A stretch of DNA of 64,000 nt from Tubiluchus corallicola (Eukaryota; Animalia; Priapulida), in assembly GCA_030141605.1 (NCBI GenBank), contig JAQGDQ010000025.1:664907-728906 (forward strand), written 5' to 3'. The translations under genes and the position numbers were made by a program. Shown in pieces: positions 49,785 to 61,976 of the stretch. The notes under the pieces are model-generated. The model saw only the letters and a program-made list of their open reading frames with translations. It was not told the DNA's origin and did not search any database. The first letter of the stretch is position 1, and each line of letters starts with the position of its first letter.

Positions 49785-52297
49785 TAATAATAATAATAAT
49801 AATAATCTTTTATTTATCTTTTAACACACGCACAGTTACAATACAATTAATTTAGCAACAAAAATGTGAAGAAAGGGCAGCGAAAGACCAATTGGTCATC
49901 TAGTCAGCTGCCCTTTGGTTAGTGATGAACATTTTTTATAGGCGCTATGCTAGTGTATTAGTGTTAGTACTGCTTATAATAAATAAAGTGTTACGAATGA
50001 CATAAAATTGATAATGATATGCTTATAATGTGTTAGTACAATTCATACACAGTAATAATAAGTGCATAATAATAATAAAAAAAATCAAACTGAACATAAC
50101 TGAAATAAGGACTGAAACAAGAACTGAAATAAAAATCTGACATCAGAAACATAATAACAATGGTAACTGAAATTTACTTTATAACACAAGCATAATGTAA
50201 AAAAAAAAATACAGAGCGAGTTTTGATGATCTGATGTAAAATGAAGAGGCAGATAGATAGGCAAAATACTGTACGCTTATCTCAATAATAAGTTTGCAAG
50301 AGTTGACATTTATATAATTTACTTAACTGATAGATACTAGTCGATTGCTTAAGATCATCTGAAAGAGTATTCCATAGAATTGTACCATTATGTTTTAAAG
50401 TTTGTAGACCTTTTGTTGTGTTAAATCTTTCCTGAAAATAGTTTTGTTTGGTAGCTGCTCTCGTAGAATACTGGTGAACGTCACTAATCTTTTTGAAATA
50501 ATTGCCGTATAATTTAGGTAGAATGCCCTTTTTATAGTTGAACATGAATTTCGCTAACTCAAGCTTATAAATTTCATTAATTTTTAATAATTGCAAAGCA
50601 TAATAGGAAGGGGTAGCATGATCTCGGAACCCAGCAAAAGTCATTGTTTTGATAATTTTGTTATGTGCTGATGTAAGAGGTTTCAAAACAGATTTTTTTG
50701 CTGTGCCCCACGATAAGATACAATAGTTAATGTGTGGGTACACAATGGCAAAGTAAATCATTTTTAGTATATCCGTGCTCAAGTAATGCCTCAATTTAAA
50801 AAATATACCTGTAACTTTGCTTACTTTGTAGGTAATATTTTTTATGTGTGTTGACCAATTAAGGGTGTCATCTATGTAGACGCCCAGATATTTTATGTCT
50901 GATACTTGTTCTAATAAACAGTCTTGCATGGATACTGTTATAATGGAGTTTTCATTGTTTTCAAATTTATTTCTTATGATCATAAATTTTGTTTTATTAT
51001 AGTTTACTGTTAACTTATTTGTACGCATCCATGTTTTAATTTTGATCAATTGTTCATTACTTCTAAGCTCAAGATTTTGCGTATCGTTGTCTGCTAAGAA
51101 GAGGTTAGTGTCATCAGCAAAAAGTCGTGTTTGCATGTTAGTACAAAGAGGGAGGTCATTTATATATATCAGGAAAAGAAGTGGACCCAAGGTGGATCCT
51201 TGAGGTACACCACACTGAATTGAGCATTGGTCAGAGGCAAAATTCTCAACAACCGTAAACTGGTGTCTGTTTGTAAGATATGACTGGAATAGTTTTTGCG
51301 TGATTCCACGGATACCATAATAGTCCATTTTGTTGAGTAAAATGTCGTGTTGAACGGTGTCAAAAGCTTTTGTTAAATCAAGAAAAATGCCGCAGGTAAG
51401 TAATTTATTGTCTAGGTTTGTCAGAAGATTGTCTATGATTTCAGCAGTTGCTAATATTGTGGAATGATTTTTGCAGAAACCGAAGTGAAAACATGATATT
51501 GTATCATTTTTGATTAAATATGTCATCAGGCGTTTATATAAAATTGACTCAAAAATTTTGGCAATGGGTGATATGAGTGAGATAGGTCGGTAGTTGTTCA
51601 GCTCATTTGGATCATCTTTTTTATATATGGGGATTACTTTTGCCAGTTTTAAAGTGTCGGGGAATGTCCCAGTCAGAATTGACGCATTAAACAGATTTGT
51701 AAGCGGAGCTAAAATTATGTTTTTAGACATTTTAAAATATGTAATTGGAATGTCATAAGGGCATTTTGCTTTATTGGGATCTAGTCTATCAATAGCTTGG
51801 GAAATCTCGATTTCGCTAACTGGTGTGATATAGAAAGAATTTTCTTGGGGATGCATTAAATAGTCTGTATACTTACAGTTTTCGGGTTGTGTTATGCGTG
51901 ATGCCAGTGATATACCAATGTTTGCAAAAAAACTGTTAAAAGCATTAGCTTTATGGTGCGGGTCACACGAGGTTGTGCCTTGGTAACGAACTTTAGTTGG
52001 CATTATACTAGCTGTCTTTTTTTTAATTTTGAGAAGTTCATTGATAGTGCTCCAAGTTTGTTTCATGTTATTTTTGTTTGCAACCAAGATCTGGGAGTAA
52101 TACTTCTTTTTGGATTCATGTTTGATGTGATTAAGTTTGTTAGAATATGTTTTATATCAATTTTGCTTATACAGCGAGTTGGATAACTTGTGTGTTGTAT
52201 ACATACGGCTTCTTGTTTTAATAGAATTAAGAATGCCGGGAGTGATCCATGGTTTAGCTATAGTTTTTGAGTTTTTCCTTGATAACGTTTTGAGTGG
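49785..52297 (-). mobile_element. 5'-truncated CR1/L2-group non-LTR retrotransposon
   Basis: ORF2 with RT motifs (NYRPISL, FLDLTKAFDTV, GVPQGSTLGPLLF, LFADDT, KYLGV), upstream KPWIT segment in the same frame behind one TGA (52157-52159), about 500-nt 3' UTR ending in AATAAA plus (ATT)n, and GGCTAA duplication at 49779-49784 / 52298-52303. Confidence 0.92.
50282..52087 (-). CDS. LINE ORF2 reverse transcriptase (partial, lacks endonuclease)
   Basis: 601-aa ORF with complete RT domain motifs. Confidence 0.9.
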   Translation of the reverse strand: MVANKNNMKQTWSTINELLKIKKKTASIMPTKVRYQGTTSCDPHHKANAFNSFFANIGISLASRITQPENCKYTDYLMHPQENSFYITPVSEIEISQAIDRLDPNKAKCPYDIPITYFKMSKNIILAPLTNLFNASILTGTFPDTLKLAKVIPIYKKDDPNELNNYRPISLISPIAKIFESILYKRLMTYLIKNDTISCFHFGFCKNHSTILATAEIIDNLLTNLDNKLLTCGIFLDLTKAFDTVQHDILLNKMDYYGIRGITQKLFQSYLTNRHQFTVVENFASDQCSIQCGVPQGSTLGPLLFLIYINDLPLCTNMQTRLFADDTNLFLADNDTQNLELRSNEQLIKIKTWMRTNKLTVNYNKTKFMIIRNKFENNENSIITVSMQDCLLEQVSDIKYLGVYIDDTLNWSTHIKNITYKVSKVTGIFFKLRHYLSTDILKMIYFAIVYPHINYCILSWGTAKKSVLKPLTSAHNKIIKTMTFAGFRDHATPSYYALQLLKINEIYKLELAKFMFNYKKGILPKLYGNYFKKISDVHQYSTRAATKQNYFQERFNTTKGLQTLKHNGTILWNTLSDDLKQSTSIYQLSKLYKCQLLQTYY

Positions 52298-54149
52298 GGC
52301 TAAGCACGTACGTAGGTCACCAAGCCGGCAAAAAATTGAAAACAGATACAATTTTAATAAAGTATGCAAACATAAAACTGAAATGAAGTTGACAACAGCA
52401 TTAGTCATTGTACTATAGAAATGTGTTACATTTTTTAGTGTAGGGTATGAGAAAGTGCATTAGTTAAGTCATTCCTAAAATCAGTGACCTCTGGTGCTAG
52501 AAATAACTGATTTTTTGTTTAATGGCAGGCATCGTAAATTCTTTTTTATAATTAGAATTCAATTCCAATTTAAAATCATTAAAGAATTTAAATGGCATAA
52601 ATCATATGTATAGCAATGAAGTTTGTTTTATACATAATGTCGCATTATTTGAACATGTATCACATAACACGTATGCTTGAACCGCGAGACATGCACGTAG
52701 TGACGTAGAGCAAAGAAGAGAGCCGGAGTACCAGGTGTTAGGTGTGCTTAGAACACCAAAGCACCTTCATCCGGCTTAGAACTCTCTAACTTGATTAAGT
52801 TAGCTAACTTGCATCCAATTTTGCGTAACTTGTTCGCAAATGCTACAAGTATCTCTCTCTCTTGAATAGGCTTCGCCATTTTTGTCTTGGCATATTTAGT
52901 AATATGATAATTAAATTTACATAAAACATGCATTCTGTGTTTGTACTTGAGGTGCCTACCCTTTCAGGGCATGTCAGCCAATACTTTCAAATGGTTCCGT
53001 CAAATATAGAACATAGTAGCATCATTTCTTCTTTTGTTTTATATACCTTCCAAGCTGTAAAATAAGCCTACTTGTGCTAGTCACACTTTAAGATTTTTGC
53101 TCTTGTATCTGCTGTTATCACAGTAGGTGACTAATGTCACAACATTATGTCATATAAATTGCACACGACTCCACTGAAGAAAAATCACTAATTACAAATT
53201 TGACTTTTTCATGTTCAGCTGTAATCAAATATTTCTGCTACATGAAAAATTTTTGGAACCCAAAAGTTAAAAGATAAATTCAAATTATTCATACTGATTA
53301 TTTTCGTTTTTTACCAATGATTTACCCATTGAAAGTTATATCCTAAAACTGTACCTCTTGTTATTGGTAATTTTTAGTAGGTGTTGAGCCTTTTAGCTAT
53401 TATAAAGTCATTTAACATCAGGTTTGGTAGCCTAATTATACCTTTAATTAACTTTTTGTCCTAAAAACGCGACAGTAATTATTTTAAAACATCTTAGGAG
53501 TATTAAAGATCTGACCCGATAAGTAACAGTAAAGTCAAATGTCAGTGCCCTTTTCTACACCAATTACTCAGTCTAGTCAGCCTAAAGCTAAAGTATCAAA
53601 TAAACAGACAAGGGCGTAATAAAGAAAATTGCAACGTCTGCAGCTCTTATTTTTCAGAATTCTTTTGCAAAAACGTGGGTAATAACATTTCAAACGAACA
53701 AACTGAATGTACCAAATGGAAAATTCGTTTGACGAACGTTGACTCGCAAGCAACATTGTGACCACGTTGAATTTATTATGTATTTGTTGTCGCTTCGAAA
53801 TCAGACAAACAGTTTTTAGCGCATTCCGGCATGCAGACGTTTGACAAAGTGACATGCGAGGTGTGAATGCGTGTGCGTTCGTAACTCGTGAGTGATGGCA
53901 CCTCCTGTTATAATTGTAGTTGTGATGGGGTTCACTGCCACCATTTGCAAAGTAATTTTTGAACGTTTCGTATCTACTACCTTCATACTGCACACGTTTT
54001 TCTCCAAAAAAATTCAAAACATTTTTATGCATCAAATAACCACAACTGTAACAACTAATGTACGATATAATTCTCTTGAACATTAAAACTTGTTGAGCAG
54101 GTTTACTTAAGTTAATGTCTGGCTTAAATTTATGACTTCATTCATATAT

Positions 54150-54420
54150 TTCAGTCACCATTCATTCGTTCATTCATTCATGCATGCATGCATGCCTTCG
54201 TGCATTCATTTTTTTCATTCATTCTCTTATTTATTCATTTGTTCATGAATTGTTTTGTTCACTCACTCACTCATTTATGCATTCATTCGTTCCTTTATTT
54301 ATTCATTCTTTTTTTTTAAATTGAATTAATCACTTATCTGTTCATTCATTCGTACGTGCGTATGTATGCGCGTTTGTTCGTGTATTTATCCATTTTCTTT
54401 TTATTTATTCATTCATTTGA
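54150..54420. repeat. Degenerate (TTCA)n low-complexity repeat
   Basis: Seen directly. Confidence 0.8.
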
Positions 54421-56181
54421 ATTTTGTTAATTGTATCGCGAAGAAATGTCCATGTTGATAGTTGAAGATAAAAGCCTGGAACAATGTTCTAGGGGAAATC
54501 TAGGCCAATCCCTGCCATTCCTGGTGCAATACAAGTAACTATTTCATCACCCATGCACACAGCTGATGTTCAATGACGCGCTACTTACAAGATGTCGCCG
54601 CGGGCTGCGTCTTTGTTCGAAACTCATGTAAAATTAAGCAGTTTTCTAAGAAAATGTTCAAAGGGAGAGCAGAGAATCTCATTGCAAACAAAAATGACAA
54701 AGCCAAACCGGTCTATCGTAAAGAAAATTCCGCTCTGAAACTTCGGCAAGTCGTATGCCTAAATAGTCTGTAAATTCTTGTGTCACTCCCGAGTGTAACA
54801 ACCTGTCTTTATCCGGGTTTTATGAAGTCATACCCAACCTTCAATTTTGCTGTTCCACGAAACAAGGACAATTACAGCGCAGTAGCCAGCTATTTCTAAG
54901 ACGGCAATGCTGCTCATTACAATGCAGCAGCGCGCTATTTCTATAACGACATGCTTCAAAGCACACTTCCTGTCAGAAACTGTGCCCATAAGGTCAGAAG
55001 TTATTGGGTCATTCAACCAGTGTAGATTATCAATTATTATAATTTTGATAAAAAAGATCTCTTCTTTATTACACAAAGACTATTTTTTGAGAGTAATGAA
55101 TCGTTTTTACATGCATGGTTAAAATTATTTCAGATTAACATTCAGTTGTTATTGATTAAACTGATTTCGTAAATATAATTCTCATACATGTTACTCAATG
55201 CGCTGAATGTAAAAATGCAAAATTGTTATTTACAACTAAAGAAAGCAGTGTTTTTGTACTCACTGCAAGGTTCGTCAGATTATGACCATCCCACAAAGTT
55301 GGATTTCAGTCAGAAATGAAACGTTAGTCAGTTAGAAATCAATCAATCAATCAATTAACCTTAACTCCCGCAAAGCGAACCTCGCTTGGGCATATTTTTT
55401 TGAAAAGAAAATGACGGACGTAAGCCAGTAGACAGCACGAAGCTACCATAACAAAATTAAGCTTTTGCAGTTCATTCAGAAATTCTGCTATTCTAACATA
55501 CTAAGTTTTTGTGTTTAACTGTGTTATGTAGAAATTAATTAATCATCAGACCCATTAGCAACAGCATTGAAGGTGCTTTCATAGCTTTAATCCACAAGAT
55601 TATATTTAAAGAATACTCCAGTTTTCATTCAAAATGAGCGCACCCAAGCGTTGTATAATCGCGATTTTAACTGACTTTACTAACTACACGAGACGCTTAT
55701 CACAATTTCATTGTTGAAACTTTAAGACATTTTTCTCAAAATTAATATGAAAGTAAGTTCAATTTATCGATCGGCTCATTGTGATCCCACAGATAAGAAT
55801 GTTTGTTATTACTAAAACAATAATAGAATGCACCAAGAAAATGTCATTATTTAGCATTCAAAAAACAAGCTTGGTAGGCATGTGCACGAAGTTTTGGAGG
55901 TTCTTGAGTTTGCAATGATTTCAATGAAATGCAAATTAAACTGCAGACTGATCGAGACGTATGAAGTTTTAACGCTAATATTGAGTACGTGAATTGCTTT
56001 AACAGTACTTTGATGTAATAAGATTAGTATCCTAGTCTCACTCGTTATTTCCGTACCCCGGTCCGTTAGTATTGCCACGTTCTTCACTCGTTAGTTTTAC
56101 CCACAGTCGTAGAGGCGAAAGCGTGTTTACGAAAACGGTGCGCGAGCTTTTCTGGAACTTCTAGACAATTATTAAGTAAAC

Positions 56182-59100
56182 ATGGTGACGCCCAGAAGCA
56201 CGCGATACGTAACTGTAAAAATTATCATAATTCTGTTAGTACAAATAAACTTATACGAAACTCAAAACTTTTATACAATTGATGATTCAAGTGAATTAGG
56301 AAAGCGTTTTTCTGGAATTGGTGCTGTTAGTGGAGGCGGCGTAAGTAAAAACTTTGAAGTATACCCGGTACTTAGTTAAAATAATTCGTGTCTTAAATTT
56401 TTAAGACCCATAATATTGTTTTATACCCTTTTCTTTTTAATCGTACGTAGCGGTTGTGTAGAACTTAAACTTAGAAAGACATTCAGCTTGACATTGTGAC
56501 AATGAGTGTTTCTGTTTCTATTATGCATAAATTGATTGATTGAATATCTTTATTGACATAAACATATGATAATAACAATGTAATAATTCATGTGTTAATT
56601 AATACTAAAAAAAACCCAACCCACATTAATAGCTGATATAGACAAAAATAACCTCCAGATTACTGATGTTCTCTGATGATATCGAATTAGTACAATGATT
56701 AATTGGATGATGACATAATTTCATCATCTTTAGAACAGCAAAATCTTCATTGGACACATACGTACAAAGAATTCAATGTAAAATTGCAGGTTTGTCAAAA
56801 TAGTATATTTCAGTGGAGTTTCAAGAAGCGAGATGTTGCCAAATCAGAACAGAATCTTTGTCTGTATGCTTTTGTGCATTAGTCATGAAACAGAATATTT
56901 TTAATACATATATTTATATGGATTTTCTAACAAGGGATGTTACTGAAACAAAAATTTCGTTTTGGTTTGCCGATAATAATTGTCCTTTCAGTTCATCTTC
57001 ATTTTCGTCGAAATTATTAAATTTCGTAGCCGAGACTTTAGGTAAAATTTTTTCGGAGATTTTAGTAATATTTATTCAGCTTTACTATTTTTTCGTGGAT
57101 GTTAAAAATTGCAGAAAAATTTTGCTTAAAATAATTGAAGTAAAGCGTAATATATCATTTATTTAACTTTTTGTGCCATTTGTAGTATGCTTTACGGCAG
57201 TGCGGCATATCTTCAGTGCTGACAACTGTGAAGCTTTAAGGTCTCTAGGCACAATCAACCGAAATATCAAAGTGTAATTTGAATAAAAACAAGTTTAGTT
57301 TCATTTATGAAATCTTCTTCTTCTTCCCAGCTTTTCCCTATTCGGGGTCGCCGTTGTGAATGAGTCTTCACCACGCATTCCTGTTGTTGACCATCTCTTC
57401 ATTTATGTCTTCAATTCCCACAAGATCTTCACCGACTCTTCTTTTCAGGTGTCCATACCATTGCAATCTTGCGAGGCTTCCACTACTTTTACTGTTCCTC
57501 TGATATTATTTCTAATTTTATCTCTTCTTGTTATTCCTACCATCCATCTCAACATCCTCATCTCCACCACACCCATTTTCTTCTCTTCGGTCTTCTTTAG
57601 AGAAGCTGCTTCCAGCCCATAGATTAGAGCAGGTCTGACCACTTCTTTGTGGACTTTCCCTTTAAGTCTCACCGACTCATTCATAGAAGGTTTTGGCACA
57701 GTTTTTACAGGCAGATGCCCTTCCTGACCCTAACCCTTCCTATTTATCCGGGCTTGGGACCGGCACTGAGTTGAGCTGGCTTGCCCCTCCTCCAGTGGCT
57801 AGGTTAGTTTCATTTATGAAATATTGGCAACAAAATATTTACAAAATAAAATTTTTCAGCTTTTTGAAGCATCGTGTTCTTTAATCATAAACATTGTTCT
57901 ATTTATTTGGTTAAGATTTTTCGCTTAACTACTTCGATCAAGCTTGTATTAGAGCAAATAAAAGCAAACAAGCAAAAACAAAGTATTTTATTTGTTTCAG
58001 AATTTTTTTCAGTTTTGATAGTAGTTGGTTTTTCAAAAATGATTTTTTTCATTCGTTTCGGTATCGGCTTCCTATGTTTCATAAATTTCTGTTTCAGTTC
58101 CGGTTTCTAATTTCAGTTTCGGTAACATCCCTGTTACTAGTTGATGAAGTTAAGCAGCAGATGAGCAATAACAATTTGCACATTATTCTAAAAAATGAAA
58201 AACCTAACTACCCGACTTATGATGTCGCACCTATAAATTTTGATTAAGTTTATAATTTTATGATTTTGGCATTGGTTTGACAAAGAGTTTACCTTTCAAA
58301 AGATTGATAGCGATCTTCGCATGTTCATTAATGCAAACCACCAAGAACGTTTTTAATGCGTAATGTAAATCTCATATTTTCTAAAAAGCTAGTACAGAAA
58401 GTTTCGTGTGCCTGGCCATCGGAAAGCTGTATTGAAAAATTATTTTTCTGACACATGTGTAATTGTGTATGCGCAAAGCAAAATGTCAAGAATTTTTTTC
58501 TTGCATTCTCACTTGTGACCAGGGGCGTCGTGCACCAAAAAAAATTGGGGGGGGGGCCCGACTGTATATAATGGCGGAACTTAACTGTTTAAAAAACGTA
58601 TAATTTCGAAAAATATGAACAGTATTTAGCATTCAAGAAAAACGATTTATTTATTCCCAACTGGCATTTAACTTAAAGCTATAGCAACGGAAACTTAATT
58701 AAAATTAAAAATTAAATTAAAATTTAATTAAGTATTTATTAGCTGTCAGAAATCCGACGCAGAACATCACTCCAGAAGAGCTCTACCACAGACTTCAAGT
58801 CCATATTCTTTGTTTTCTCAGCCTGAACTGCAAGGATCATCGGGTCACTCAGTCGTGCCTGACTCATTGTACTGCGGAGAGCATTCTTGACAAATTGCGG
58901 GAACACGGTTGGACTTGAAAAATGAAGTCAGATTGGACTGCCTTGACATCGTTTAAGAAATATAGCTAAAATCGCAGCGAAAACTAGCAAAGATTTTCCT
59001 AGCAGGAGAGAAATGTTGAAATCTGCTCAAAATCACGCCCTTTTATGCAGCAAACTCGTGGGAAAGAGTCGCTAAGGACTAGCAAAGAGTCGGTAATGTC

Positions 59101-61254
59101 CAATCAGGAGGTGGCTGAGCCGTGGCTCATCAATTTGTATCTCCCAAACCGACTCTCTGGTACTAGGCTAGCTCCACAAACTGACTCTCTGGTACTAGGC
59201 TAGCTCCACAAACTGACTCTCTGGTACTAGGCTAGCTCAACATGACTTCAATGTTTGCATTGTTTTTGCTCTATTATTTCACTTATTCTCTATTATAACA
59301 CACTGCTGAACGAAGCTCGAGTGGCTAACTGAGCCGTTTTGTTAACTAACAGTCTTTTGTGCAAAGACGCTAATGCTACTCAACAAGCTGCTTTGTTAAC
59401 TGTTCCTGCCTGCCTCCTGAATAGATTACATGCAAACAAATTAACTACATCCTGACTTTCAGGTAAACACATACTCATGCTCATACTGTTCGCATTTATG
59501 GAGCGCTGGCCCGCTATTGCATGTCAAAAAGTCGGAAATAAATTTGCTTACCCGTCTCATTACGAGCCGCTGACACCCTTCAAATTTTTAACATTTTCTA
59601 AAAAAATTGGGGGGGGGGGCCGGGCCCCTATGGCACGACGCCACTGCTTGTGACACTTACTTGAACCACGCCTAGTGCAATACGTACATGAATTAGTTGG
59701 TATTACGAAGCAAGGTGCTGTTTTGCACATTCATTAAAGAAAGAACCAACCCTCGAGCAATATTTTTTGCATTTTAATATAGTCCTACAATTAGAAATAT
59801 TGAAACTACCACACAATGTGCATGCATAAAATGTGTTGCTTATAACTGCGAAAGAAATTTGAATAATTCTTATCTCCTGCTAAATGAACATCGCTGTGGG
59901 CATATTCGAAAAAAATGACGCAAGCTGGTGAACAGCACGAAGGCATGTAGCAAAACTTCTGACATTCACTGAGAAGGTTTTCTAAAGCGTATTCTAGCTG
60001 ATTAAATCTATGTGTTTAACTGTGAATAATGATTTTGCAAATACTCATGCAAGTGTCTTCCCTTAGTATTTGAGAAAAATACTAAAAACTTTCAGTAACA
60101 AACTGTAATAACTGCTTCATGTAGTTAGTAAAATCAATATAAAGTCACGATCATTTCATGCTTGGGCACACTCATTTTGAATGAAGAACTGATTTCATTT
60201 GATTACCAAACAATGCATATACCTATCCCACCAGGTGTTAGAGCAAACACTTTTCATTCAAAATGAGTGTGCCCAAGCGTGAAATGATCGTGACTTTATA
60301 TTGATTTTACTTACTGCATGAAGCACTTATAACCGTTTATTATTGACAGTTTCTAACATTTTTCTCAAATATTAACTAAAGATACTTGCATGAGTATTTG
60401 CATAATTATTATTCACAGTTTCGCACGACCTTGGAAACTTAATCCCTAACTTTTGAAGTTTAAAACGTGCACAAACACTTTGGGACAAGTAAGTGTGATG
60501 TGGAGCCAGTGTTAAAGAAAAGAAGTAAAGTCTGAGTTGAATTTCCACTCTGTAAGTTTAGACTGATGAGTAGGAATCAAATCTGGGTTGTTTCCTCACG
60601 AGTCCGAATCGAATTCTAGTTCTTAGTGTTAGCAGTATTAGTTTCACAGTTTAATATTTATATTTTTTAAAGCCGTCGAAGTCGCATTCTGATTCGAATG
60701 TGAGTCAAGTCCTAGTCATTAACATACAAATCTAAGTTGAGTAGCAGGTCTTTCTGTTTTTTTATGCTGGAGTTTGAGTCAAGTCCGCTTCGGCAGAAAG
60801 TGCGACCTGAGTTCGAAGCAATGACACTGTACTCCAGCAGTGTGTGAAACAGTTGCCCATCCTCCCGCGATCATCCCTAACCTAAGTCCAATATGTTGTG
60901 GGATGTGTAACACGTGTTTTGCGCCAAAAAAGCAAATTTTAATTTGCTGGAGAATTAAAGAGCAACTGTCAGACTTGCCGACATTTCAATGGTTTGTAAT
61001 GGTTACCACTTCCTGTACAATATCGGTACTTTTGAGTTTTTTCAAACGTTAAACCTTTTAAAACAACCTATTCTTGTTAGAATTGGCAACTTTGTATGTT
61101 GTTGATTTGTATCTACAAATGTTGATCATTGCATATAGAACTACATGAGCTATAATTAATCCATACATTCTTATTTCCATTTCAGGCAACTTCCAAATTG
61201 CTTATAAACTATAACGAGACCTATAGGGATCAGATACTAGACTACCTTTTTAAG
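56182..61254 (+). CDS. GALC: Galactocerebrosidase (GH59), exons 1-2 (gene continues beyond the right edge)
   Basis: Exon 1 (56182-56340) has a signal-like stretch plus [23 protein letters not shown]. Exon 2 (61186-61254) encodes [23 protein letters not shown]. Both match the GALC N-terminus ([31 protein letters not shown]). Confidence 0.93.
57314..57805 (-). mobile_element. Non-autonomous RTE-derived retroelement (bipartite, SINE-like) with 19-bp TSD
   Basis: RTE C-terminal remnant (KGKVHKEVVRPALIYGLE..EMRMLRWMVGITRRDKIRN), (GAA)n tail, TSD TTAGTTTCATTTATGAAAT at 57295-57313 and 57804-57822. Confidence 0.88.
57730..57806 (-). ncRNA. Twister ribozyme (type P1) remnant at the 5' end of the RTE element
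   Basis: Minus strand: U^AA CCUA GC CACUG..CAGUG CCGG UCCCAAGC CCGG AUAAA UAGG AA GGG. P2, P3, P4, T1 (CCC/GGG) and T2 (GC/GC) all form. The core GCCGGUCCCAAGCCCGGAUAAA matches the Oryza sativa twister as recalled. The catalytic-G position (57738) reads A. Confidence 0.8.
58520..59646 (-). mobile_element. Internally deleted hAT transposon
   Basis: TIRs CAGGGGCGTCGTGC / GCACGACGCCACTG, perfect 8-bp TSD CTTGTGAC, minus-strand remnant KNALRSTMSQARLSDPMILAVQAE (hAT C-terminal dimerisation region) at about 58740-58892, and 3 x 32-bp internal repeat at 59145-59238. Confidence 0.88.
60018..60420. repeat. Fold-back element: about 168-bp inverted arms with about 67-bp spacer
   Basis: 60018-60185 is the reverse complement of 60253-60420, with the inner part nearly perfect. 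A diverged single arm lies at about 55622-55760. Confidence 0.85.
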
Positions 61255-61582
61255 GTAAGTTTTTGTATTATTATAGAAATGGCTTTTTTAGCTTGTTTTA
61301 ATTTAATGATATTATTTAGTTGTATAGTTCTTTACTAATTTTTTTATGTAAGTTAGTTACTATAGAAATAGTTTTTTATTTTATTTTGATTTATAAGATG
61401 TGATGTAGCTCAACAGTTCTTTACAGGCTTAGTAACTTGTAAAGTGCTTTTTTAAAAAATTTCTACAATCTCATCCAAATTTCCTCCATGATAACATCTA
61501 GAAATCAGCCAAGCATAACACTTTGCAGTTTCTGGAGCAAAAAACATAGATCAGTTAATTACACTTATGCTTCAGCAATGAG

Positions 61583-61976
61583 AATAAGCCTTTTCACAGT
61601 TCCAGCGATTGATAATGATCGTGAAAAGGTCAAAGGTTAAGTGTATCAGACAACGCATTTGTGTGCACTTGACAACGTCTTGTAGCCCATGCTATTGTAA
61701 TAGTAACAGTTTTAACAGCTAGCTAGAACCTTACCTATTTATTTTTTCTTGTTCCCAAGCAACACTCTGCTAGTAAATCACTCTACCCACAGACTAATGC
61801 GTAATTAAGTAAAGTCCACCTAAAACAACTGAAGTTACTAACTGATACAAGAGACGGCTTTGCTTTACCCACGTGTCATGTGACGGTTATAGTTTAGGCG
61901 CCTTGCTGTGGTACACTTAACCTTTGACCTACAGAAGCTTACTCGTGCACACAACAGAACTGTGAAAAGGCTTATT
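61583..61976. mobile_element. MITE with TIR AATAAGCCTTTTCACAGTTC
   Basis: 20-bp perfect TIRs plus inverted subterminal AGGTCAAAGGTTAAGTGTA. Confidence 0.8.

Larger units (their letters stand above)
49755..52779. mobile_element. Degenerate hAT-like MITE split by the LINE
   Basis: Left end CTGGGCCGAATTACCGCATAAGCAGGCT resumes as TAAGCACGTACGTAGG after the LINE; an uninterrupted relative lies at about 32671-32710. Candidate right end TCATCCGGCTTAG. Confidence 0.55.
56931..58132. mobile_element. MITE with AGGGATGTTAC(T/C)GAAAC TIRs, hosting the RTE element
   Basis: Left CAAGGGATGTTACTGAAAC, right GTTTCGGTAACATCCCTG; subterminal TTTCGG/TTTCAG repeats. Confidence 0.7.

Noticed and set aside
53577-54083. 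168-aa minus-strand ORF
   Set aside because: No domain motifs or convincing splice context; probably non-coding or transposon interior.
59145-59238. Three 32-bp direct repeats (CRISPR-like length)
   Set aside because: Head-to-tail with no spacers, inside a hAT element, eukaryotic context, no cas genes.
60562-60615. CTGATGAG hammerhead-like core
   Set aside because: No stem II closed by GAAA and no stem III/UH.
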